Below, one piece after another: positions 54,376-64,000 of a stretch of 64,000 bases of DNA. The position numbers and the translations under genes are program-made. The notes under the pieces are model-generated. The model searched no databases and was not told the DNA's origin. It was given only the letters and a program-made list of their open reading frames with translations. Each line of letters starts with the position of its first letter. Position 1 is the stretch's first letter. The stretch comes from Mizuhopecten yessoensis (lineage: Eukaryota), in assembly GCF_002113885.1 (NCBI RefSeq), contig NW_018407984.1:565473-629472 (forward strand), written 5' to 3'.

Positions 54376-55427
54376 TTACATTTTGTTGTCAATATCTTCA
54401 ACTGTTATAATTTGCTCGTCTTTTACCTTATCAAACCTGCTCCCGTGGCGAATACCGACAAAGTTGAGACACAGTCCAATTACAAACACTAGAAGTCCAC
54501 ACACCATTGCCTCGTACACAAAGCAAACGTGACCAATTGCATCATATAAGTATCCCATAATACTTACACACGAAAATCCTCCACATCCGCCAGCTAGACA
54601 GATGACGGTAATACCCATCCCGGTCAACTCGACGTGGTAATCTGTCCAGTATATCCCGGTTGGCCACATGGGTCCCAGGAACAGACCAATCAACAGCGAG
54701 AAGATCCAAAAAGACGCTTCCGGTTCGAAGTTGAAGACGGTGACAAGATTGAGTCCAAGTGCACTAAGACATACCCCACTTATTTCACAAACCATCATGA
54801 TTCTAATTGAGACAAATTTTCCAGTTGCAAATCCGATTAATCTTCCCAGTGAAAATGTTACCCAGAAACCAGTATTGATGTAACTACCTTCGTCTTTGGT
54901 GAAATTTAGTTCGTCCACTGCAAAGGTGCGGATGAACTTGGTGTAAAACCTTTCGAATCCTACTGTAAACAGGAAGTAAAGGAACACGAGAGAGAACAAG
55001 AGGAGACCGTACCACCAATCGCCGTCAGTACAGCTGCCCGGATTCAGCATAGCCTTCGAGTCTCGTTTCTTAATTTTGGTCCCACGCACGTCATGAACTT
55101 GCGGAAATATACATTGAAAAACCATGAACACCATCGCTAACACCACCGTCGGTATTGCTACTAGGGCGTACGCATACTCGATCATAGAATCCTCCAGGAC
55201 CATGGTGGACTCTATACTGTTTATCGAGCAGTTCGTGTCTGTAACATTTGTTAGGGATATATTAGAACTTGTAGATACGTCACAGTCTGGTAGGTAAGTC
55301 ATCAATGGAAGGAACGGATTGGCCACAAGGGGCACCAGAAGACATCCGATCCCAAACCCAAGGTGAAGCATGTGCATCGGAGGGGAGGCTTTTTCCCGCC
55401 ATAAATACAGGATAGTAGTATTGCCAG
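54376..55427 (-). CDS. MFS transporter (MFSD4/NAGLT1-like), exon 4
   Basis: Many transmembrane helices; motifs GNTTILYLW...SPPMHMLHLGFGIG...PLVANPFL and FWVTFSLGR; acceptor tttcag|, phase 1; stop TAA at 54376. Confidence 0.92.
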
Positions 55428-55869
55428 CTGAAACATAAAACAAAACACGAGCTTCTATTGTATAGATTAATGGCGACTTAATAGATTTTTAATATTAGAT
55501 CATTTCAATAATCAGTTATTAAGATACTAAGAAAATATATATCTGCATTCGGAAAAAATTATATTCCAATTAAAGGGACATTTCCACATTACAATATAAA
55601 GTTATTACACATGTCAGGAAACAACAGCAAATGATATCAAAATTTGTGTTATTTACAAAGTGTTCAAAATTATTTTTTATATCTTGTCCATATAGCAGCG
55701 TATAATTCAAAACATTTCAAACACTCCTCTTCGCAATATTCATAGAGTACTTGTTTTATCAATTTGATAATTTGTTTCCTAAGGAATCCCCTGCGTGGGC
55801 AAAAGATAAGATATTCACTTAATAATCACCAAAGAGAGTAATTTAACATACGATCGTTTACCTACTTAC

Positions 55870-55930
55870 CTACGTTGACAATCAGCTCAGCCAAACCTGT
55901 CACCATGATAAGAGCTCCCGTTAGCAGCAC
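55870..55930 (-). CDS. MFS transporter exon 3 (VLLTGALIMVTGLAELIVNV-A)
   Basis: Acceptor ttacag|, donor G|GTAAGT; phases match both neighbours; hydrophobic helix. Confidence 0.85.
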
Positions 55931-56305
55931 CTGTAATACAAACACGTGTCGGGAACAATGTATGTTGACGGCTGGATGAGTGCCGAGAGGTATCATTTCC
56001 TTCATTGGTCTTACTCTCTTTATTGCTTAAATCAAGAGATTTTGAACAAGATAAATCTTACTTAGTATACAACCTTTTTATCTGACAAATTATCGTTGTC
56101 GTCGAAGTTGATCTTAACAACCCATCATCTGAACAGTTTGTCATACACATTTTTTCGTACAAATATTCATTTAAAACCTTATTGCAATCAAACGACAAAC
56201 AAGCTTAGCTCGACAAATTAAATAGATAACAGGACATGGCGGTCACCATGTCCCGTTCGCCTTCGTGTCGGCGAATGACACACAGAAACATACAACCCCG
56301 CCTAC

Positions 56306-56536
56306 CTTGTTAGAGAGTGGGACCGCTATGGTAGCTGCCGCCGCCGCCATTAGACACAAGCCAATGATCAGGTCGCAATACTGCCCCTGTTTGTCAATCA
56401 GAATACCCCCTATGATGGACCCACTCACGGCCCCGATACTCCGTCCAGACACTGCCTGAGATAGACTCTCGTACTCCGAATTGGTCCGGTCTTTGAGATC
56501 CTGGAGCGTGGGTCCTATAATCTCGAGGAACATTCC
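56306..56536 (-). CDS. MFS transporter exon 2 (GMFLEIIGPTLQDL...PLSNK)
   Basis: GPTL.DL and GG.L.DK motifs of the MFSD4 family; acceptor tttatag|, donor AAG|GTAGGC. Confidence 0.9.
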
Positions 56537-57429
56537 CTATAAAACCACAGGCAGATTATCTGTCAGTTTGTAATCATAAAATGATATACCGATAACATAC
56601 TTGAATTCCAGTCAAATTGTTCTGTTCTATATTTTTTAATTACGACTTTGTTAATTAACATAACATAGCCCTGTTTTGTTTTTAAGGTGTTTCAATTTTT
56701 CCCAATCAAGTCCTGAATCTTTTCAGTCTGTTGGAAAGATGATCTCGAGTAAGCAGATCATAGCTAAGAAACCTAACTTCGGGGTGCCAGAAAGGCTTTT
56801 GTTTGGAACAGACAATGGATTATAAGTGAATGTTTGTTCATATATAATCATGAAAATCCATGAAAAATCATTAAATTAATGAGGAAAGACCCCAACTTTG
56901 TACCAATCATGTAGGATCACTTCTGATTCAATTGTTAAATTAATTTCTAAATTCTATCAAATACCTGCAAGGTGTAGAAACTAGCAGTAAACTACAGAAC
57001 CTTACAGAGAATAAGCGTATGAGGTCATTGATTCATAATGTGGAAATTGATCGAGGAACTGCAGACTAACTGTGAAAGTATGTGAATTTACTACTCTTAC
57101 AAGACAAAGCCTCGGTGAGAAAGCAACTTTTAATATCCTACTAGTTATGAAGATGGAGGAAATTTAGTAGAAAACTGTTTGATTGCATGTTATAACTACA
57201 GAGGCATACAATTGTCCCAACAGCTTTCGTTGGAGCATCTTAAACAACTGAGGAAAAATGAACATTTATTATTGTTTTATCTAATTATCACTCTGATTCA
57301 CAAACCCGCAATCACCAAACATTTATACCCATACGGCACTGTTTCAAATTACAATTAATTTCGGAGACCGTCAATTCGGTTTTGAACCACCTATCGTTGG
57401 AAATGATGGATATTACGGCAACATTAATG

Positions 57430-58830
57430 GTGACAGTCCTTCAACTTCTTTGAAGCAAAACTTAGAAACATCAATAGAGAAAAATATCCCATTGTTTTAA
57501 GTTGGCCATGGAATGGATTAAAAACCTTTACTATAATACTCAAGAAACTCACTTTACATTTTTTAACAACGGCTAGGATCCTAGCGATTATGGCCGTATG
57601 CCTATTCAATTACTTGTAAGAGGAGGACTTAGCATGGAATATCAAGGGAAAACCCCAACTCTTTTTGAAAAAATGTCTGAAACAAAGCAAAAAACACAGA
57701 CAGGTCTTTAGATTTACCAGGATAAATGGCGACTTCGTTACTGCAGATGAAGAAACTGCAAACTTCAATGAACTTTCTCTGCGCAATTAAGTATGTCAGT
57801 CAAAAGTAGTGACGACCGAAATACCGTTGTACATCCAGTTAAATGGCCTGCTCCCTGCTACTTATAAATCAGGTCCTTTCAAAGCAGGAAGGCAAAGGAA
57901 CGAAAAGAAGAAGAACTGGAGGCGGTGAAACGAATATAAGAGGACGTTTATTAGCGCCCCGTTATCGGCGTTCATTCGTTCCTTCGCTTTCTGGAGAGGC
58001 AACGAAACAAAGAAACGTTCATTAGCCACGAAGGGACGATAAATAGTGTCCCTTCGCCTCCTTGTACCGCGAAATAACGAAGGGATGAAATAGTACAAAT
58101 AGCCACCACGTGAAAACCAGAGCCACAATACGCTGGTAATGGAAGACCAGTTTGAATGGTTGCGGCGCCCTACAAAGTGATGCAAAGAACGAGTACAGAT
58201 AAAAATCCAGATGACATGGATAAGAACTATATTTAACCGATAACCAACACGGCTTTATGTCATGTAGATCTTGTAAAACAAAATCTCGAGATCGGGGTTG
58301 GATGGCGACGGTCGGATTTTTGACTGGTCTCGGGTAAATACATTGAAAATCATATTTCTCGCCTCTGGGAGCGTCCCTCAACTTGAGTGAATCACAGGGC
58401 GGCGCTTCTATATGACTGACGCAAATGTGATCTTTATATGTTTGAAATTCGGTGTGACCGTCCTTTTCCTTTTGTGTCGGACGTTGTGTAATAATGGCAG
58501 CCATAGTTTGGGGATGGTCCTGAGTGGTCAAGCTGACCACAATGATATTTGACATTTGTCACCAAATGTCCCAATACACAAACCTCGCCCCAATTAGACA
58601 TTCAGATTTATGGCAGAATAGACAATAGTATAACGATATGTCGGACAATGGAACTCCATTGGCCTGGGTTCTCATGACCACAGGCCTGCGTAGTACAAAG
58701 ATGTAGCGGTGCATACACCCCAGACCCAAGCAGTGAACAGTCATCAGCTGTACCAGTATACTTAGCAGAACTAGAAACATGCAAGGACATGCACAGGCAA
58801 TTGTTGGTTGACAAAGTACGTTCTTCAGCG
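57430..58830 (+). mobile_element. Heavily decayed CR1-clade LINE ORF2 remnant
   Basis: Frameshifted fragments EEDLAWNIKGKPQLF, NGDFVTADEETAN and NQHGFMSCRSCKTNL match the CR1 linker and RT motifs (QHGF...RSC.TNL). Confidence 0.65.
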
Positions 58831-58849
58831 CATGATAATGTCGCAGATC

Positions 58850-59330
58850 TAGAGCAGTTGCGATATCATTTATTTAACCACGCAAAGACACGCGATGATT
58901 TTCTGATAAAAGAGGGATGCCTTAGAAAAAGATTAGAAGCCCGGGTAACTGGCGCAGCATCCTTGCAACTAAAACTCTCGAAATGTTTTTATGTGCTTTT
59001 TAGAGTGACCGAGGGCGAGTAAACAGAAAATATTCGCGCAGTTGTACCAACAAAACGGCGCTCAATTATTTAAAATAGGACGCAGGTAGTAAAGACCAAT
59101 TACATTGGATTATGACATGGATGGAAACAATATTTAACCTATAGCCAACAGGGCTTTACGTCATGTAGATCTTATACATCATAGCTATTGAAGTTGTGGA
59201 AGATTGAATCTACAAGGCTTAAGAAGATGGCAAAGATAGTGGGTGTAAAATATTTATAGATTTTTTAAAGGATTTCGGCAAGGTTGTCCATAGTCAACTT
59301 TTTAAATAGAAACAAATACAATTCTTGCTG
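58850..59330 (+). mobile_element. Second decayed CR1-clade RT fragment
   Basis: SQQGFTSCRSY and IFIDFLKDFGKVVH (IYLDF.KAFD.VPH motif); about 65 bp are clearly homologous to 58211-58275. Confidence 0.65.
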
Positions 59331-60199
59331 TGATCAACTGAACGGGTTTGTTAGCAATGGATCTTTTCACATCAGACCCAACACTTGCCAGAGCTACCTA
59401 AATCAGTCCCAATGGCCGAATGAACGTGGGCTTGTAATACGTCCAGTACTGGCCGACATAACATTTTACATTGATGTTGCTTTACATATTCATTACAGAC
59501 ACAGTTAAACTATTGAACACTGAGTTTTCATCCTTTTGTTATCGCTTTTCAATACTTTCAACAATATTTTTCTGTAGCCTCATCGTCAATTTTAACAACT
59601 TTTGATTTGATTTGATTTCTCTTTTGTTAAATTCGTTTATAAATCTGTCAACCCCATGTTTACTCCACATTATTTTTAGTACGCATTTTCAACAGGACTG
59701 AACATTTGGTTATGCTCGTATTAAACTCCGATGCTGGCTGATCACGATGGTGGGCAATATCGTCGGTTAAAATACATTAATTGCACACACTACTTGAACG
59801 TTGCAATCAAACGAAGCTAAAAAAAGAGGACATAGGACAAGAAGATGTAGCTGAACCTTATCAAATGTAGAATTACGCGATACAGTAAAACTCCAGTTAC
59901 GCATTACCAAACAAGGACACCGCCATTCATGTAGGAAAAAAGCATGACACGGGAACTGGGAGTAACCTTTGACCACAAAAATAGATGTTTTGTTTTTGTT
60001 TTGTTTTACGACCCATCGATAGAGCATGTCATTTAGGTCCAAAACCCTAAATGAATTTAGTGAGCATGTGAGTACATGCAAGTTAAATGTTTAAACAAAT
60101 CGCTAGTCCAGCCACACATAAACTATTGTAGCGCTACCTGGTCAGTAAATAACGGAGACTTATTTTTTGAAAAACTGCTAATAGCATACATCATAACAT

Positions 60200-61478
60200 A
60201 ATTTATTTTATATATGTATGAAAATTTCTCGCAATCACATTGGTCGGATCATAAACACGTGACCAGTTTTTAAAAACTCTTATTATATGCATGAACATTT
60301 CTCGCAATCACATTGGTCGGATCCTATTCACGTGACCAGTCCTCAAAAACTCATGTAGACTGGTTATCCGGTGAATATCGATTTCTAAATATAGCTTGTA
60401 TGGAAATTCCCCGGAACCTGTCGTAGCGCATGCGCAGTTAGACTGAAACGCGATCTGTCAGACGACATTAGAAGATGGCTGCTGGCGAACGTTTCTCCTC
60501 CGTTAGGAAAATTACCAAAACTATTCGAGGATAAAGATGCTGTTAACGTAAAAAAAGGCCATTGAACACGCAGTGCATGTCCTCCATGCTTATCTTAAGA
60601 AAAATAATCTAGACGATGCCTTCGAAAGCTACAATGATGAACTGTTGTATTCAAACCTGGCTAAATCTTACACGGAGACTCGCGTACAAATATCAGAACC
60701 TTTAGTTTTGTTTCGTTTTATTTAATTGTTGAAGCATATAATAAAACAGTTATGGGCTTTTGTGCTGGTAAAGATGATGTGATATGACCCTGAAAGAGTG
60801 ATATTGACCTCGGCTTCGCCTCAGTTAATATCACTCTTTCAAGTTCATATCACATCATATTCACCAGCATAATTGTATAATGTAGACTGGTTATCCGGTG
60901 AATATCGATTTCGAAATATAGCCTGTATGGAAATTCCCCGGAACCTGACATAGCGCATGCGCAGTTAGACTGGAACGCGATCTGTCAGACGACATTAGAT
61001 GATGGCTGCTGGCGAACGTTTCTCCTCCGATAGGAAAATTACCAAAACTATTCGAGGATAAAGATGCTGTTAGCCATTGAACACGCAGCGCATGTCCTCC
61101 ATTCTTATCTTAAGAAAAAGAACCTAGACGATGCCTTCGAAAGCTACAATGATGAACTGTTGTATTCAAACCTGGCTGAATTTTACACGGAGGCTCGCGT
61201 ACAAAAATCAGAACCTTTAGTTTTGTTTTGTTTTATTTTATTGTTGAAGCATATACTAAAACAGTTATGGACTTTTGTGCTGGTGAATATGATGTGATAT
61301 GAACCTGAAAGAGTGATATTAACTGAGGCAAAGATATGAACCTGAAAGAGTGATATTGACTGAGGCGAAGATATGAACCTGAAAGAGTGATATTGACCTC
61401 GGCTTCGCCTAAGTCAATATCACTCTTTCAGGTTCATATCACATCATATTCACCAGCACAAAAGTCCATAATTGTATA
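60200..61478 (+). mobile_element. Tandem dimer of a non-autonomous Crypton-like element (527-bp period) with a truncated DUF3504/tyrosine-recombinase-type N-terminal ORF and terminal hairpins
   Basis: Copies start at 60353 and 60880. Decayed ORF from ATG 60475: MAAGERFSS...KLFEDKDAVN..KAIEHAVHVLHAYLKK...ELLYSNLAEFYTEAR. Hairpins at 60763-60869 and 61265-61471. Confidence 0.65.
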
Positions 61479-62154
61479 TTAATCCATAGAAGTCGACTGG
61501 AAGCGTTTGATGCTGATTTGACGTATTATGACGCAGCGTAATGAGTCCGACAAAGCAGTAATATATAAGAGCTATATTTCTGTAATTTAACATCTGCATG
61601 TACTTTCCGTATGCTGACAGAACTGCCTCGTCACATATGGGTGATGTATCATTGATATCAATATGATAATTAATATAGTAATAACTGTGATGTCAATAGG
61701 TAATACCGTTAACTCTCCAACATACAATGTACCACAGCTGCGATACCGTTTGTATTAATACAATACAAAATACATAAGCTGAACAAGTATATGTTGGTGC
61801 CCGTATCAAGTCGTTTCTATGTTTTCGTTACTTCGTTTTTCGTCAAAAAGTCATAAATTTGGCATAGAGCTAGAGAATTATCTAGCGCTTCTATTGGTAG
61901 AATACATCTAATTATCCTTTTCTTAGAGTTATAAGCACGATCAGTTAATTGTCAAAAACAAACTATTACGGCAAATTAATTTAACATTCTTTTCAGTGGG
62001 AATGACATGGAAAAAAGAATATTTTATGCCGAGCTAAAAATTGATATCTCTATAACATAGCCATGGATAAACTTGTTCAGTCTCTAATAGGATGAAAATG
62101 AAAAGTTTTATCAAAATTAGATGGCAAACGATGTTACATTTTATGAAAATATGC

Positions 62155-62425
62155 AGTCCGTAGGAGAGGGAAAACTCACGCCAGAACAAGGTTCGAACCC
62201 GAGACCCTCCGAACTTTAGACGAACGCTTTACCAACTGAGCTTCCTAGTAGCCGATAAGTGACCCAGTCCAGTTCCGCTACATTCCTCACTCCTTCTTCG
62301 ACCCGAATACAATACTAGTTACAACTCAGGTTCGGGTGTCCCCTTGTCAAGTATGCACCCAGTACTTGAAACAAGGGTTGATCACAGGCACAAAATGTAA
62401 TAGGAGCGCGAAAATGTACGGGAAC
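62155..62425 (-). mobile_element. Miniature LTR element (TRIM) with a tRNA-like sequence in the LTR (Helenus-like)
   Basis: Minus strand reads: partial LTR ending TTACA (62396), PBS-like TTTTGTGCCTG, about 110-bp interior, PPT GAAGAAGGAGTGAGGAA, then an LTR starting TGTAGCGG (62282) that contains AGCTCAGTTGGTAAAGCG (A box) and GGTTCGAACC (B box). Confidence 0.6.
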
Positions 62426-62644
62426 GCTCATTGAATTATGCAAGGATTGAGTGTTAAATACTTTACTGACAGTAGGCTATACATTAAATATAAATTATGC
62501 AGAAAAACAACCTATTTTCATATGTGTGCCTGTTGATTGGGTCACACCTATTTCATACATTATATAACGCAATGAGGAAACGGCGTGACAGACTTACGAC
62601 ATGTCATTGTGTATTGATGTCCAGTGAAAGCGTTTGTTACTCAC

Positions 62645-62728
62645 CATACATATCCATGTCAAGAATAACGTAAACGTCCGTATCAATCGTGTCCTTAGAA
62701 ATGACGGCAAGGATTCTACCGTTTCCAT
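62645..62728 (-). CDS. MFS transporter exon 1 (METVESLPSFLRTRLIRTFTLFLTWICM)
   Basis: ATG at 62728 and strong donor ATG|GTGAGT in phase 0; joining to exon 2 completes TM1 (TFTLFLTWICM|GMFLEIIGPT). Not in the ORF track. Confidence 0.85.
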
Positions 62729-63560
62729 TCCGTTTCTGTTCTATTTTTCAATCATTGTGAAAGAAATATATACAGTCGTTTTCATTTTCACGTCGGCCAT
62801 GTTTGATTATCTCCTTTATGACGTAATTGTGACGTCAGACTTGAAGAAATGGCGCCATGAAATCTCTTGTCTAACCTTAGAATGCAATAATAGGAATCAG
62901 CAGATCTGTATTCATTTTCTAAACAAAAATAGGCAGAGGTAGGTATAGGCCGAAATGATACTAATGTGTTAAGCACTGGAATCGTTTATGAGTTGTAACG
63001 TGAGATAAATGAAGTAAAACTTGTCCTTGCAGATGCGAAGGACATGTGTTTTCATGTAACTAAGCGAGTCGTATACGTAAGTATAACCTAGAATTCGGAC
63101 CCCCTCACTTTTTGGCATGTCAGTAGTGACATACCCCGCAACCAACTTAATCTTCAAAGCTGTGCATGTATTCACGTGTTGATTACGAGTGTAGCAAAAT
63201 ATTGACGATTTTAATATTCGGGCCCCCTTTCTATTGAAAACAAGAAAGCAGAATGGAGTGCTGAAAAGTGCCTGTAACATTTTTTCCTACTTCACGTGAA
63301 TTTTAATCCAAGAGGAATCAGGTATAATAACACATGTGATCGATACAGCGTACACGTGTGTAAATATAAGTATATCGCTGATCATTTAAAGGTGTTCATT
63401 CATTTGTTTGATATTTAGGGAATTATTGATCGAAGTTTTATTTACATGTAGAGTATATACATAGTAATATATTCTGGACATTATTAGAACGATAGTTCTC
63501 GGACTATGCAGGGATGTGTAGAGGGGTTCCTTACAAATATCCAATACACATATGCTATAC

Positions 63561-63667
63561 TGATATGGGTCACAGCACACATAAACATATATGAATGTTT
63601 ATGTGTGCTGTGACCCATATCAATGTATGTCAATGTATGTGTTTGTGCTATGACCCATATCAGTGTG
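63561..63667. repeat. Perfect 28-bp inverted repeat (6-nt loop) plus a third direct copy
   Basis: TGATATGGGTCACAGCACACATAAACAT-atatga-ATGTTTATGTGTGCTGTGACCCATATCA, followed by TGTGCTATGACCCATATCAG. Confidence 0.9.
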
Positions 63668-64000
63668 TCTATTAGACATTTTGTAACGAATCCCTAGTCT
63701 GAGATCTATCATATGCAGAAACAGACATTTATAATTGGAATGCATTCTGATTTGGAGCTTCTCCAAATAGAGCGCTCCTGCTTCTGTGGCTGCTTTATGA
63801 GTCACACACATGATGTACACGTGTGTAACCTCCATGTGACGGCAAAACCGGAAGTATTTAGTACTCCTCTACAGCTCTAGTGAGAGTGGACAATCAGCTG
63901 TTTGGGCCCGGTTATGTGTGTTTATGTCGGCTGATCGAGCCAGATTTCAGACATTATAATGACCAGTTACGAACAGAGGGGGATGTCAGCGATAATGGAG

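Noticed and set aside
58022-58555. 177-aa minus ORF nested in the MFS intron, and the 65-bp direct repeat at 58211/59112
   Set aside because: The plus strand carries decayed CR1 RT motifs; the repeat is the QHGF..RSC motif in two LINE copies, so the ORF is probably a shadow.

Overview
AT-rich animal genomic DNA, most likely a bivalve mollusc judging by its repeat families, from a gapped assembly. Three spliced protein-coding genes can be reconstructed by hand with canonical GT-AG, phase-consistent introns. (1) A six-exon Pax3/7 gene (+, CDS 8696-26670, about 464 aa) with paired domain, octapeptide, S50 homeodomain and C-terminal OAR motif. (2) An ankyrin-repeat/SOCS-box (ASB-like) gene (+, CDS 50137-51737, about 365 aa). 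(3) A four-exon MFSD4/NAGLT1-like MFS transporter (-, CDS 62728-54376, about 475 aa). The rest is intron or intergenic DNA with decayed L1/Tx1, CR1 and Penelope retroelements, SINEs, a HINE/Helentron-type element, a MITE, Crypton-like hairpin elements and tandem repeats. The most notable observations are a tandem Crypton-like element whose terminal hairpin occurs in both flip and flop forms, a cluster of perfect CRE sites inside a Pax3/7 coding exon, a miniature LTR element with a tRNA-like promoter in its LTR, a 121-bp near-perfect palindrome, and a candidate Pax3/7 autoregulatory site in the promoter. All calls were made by eye; no database search was run, and I cannot demonstrate a new system from the sequence alone.
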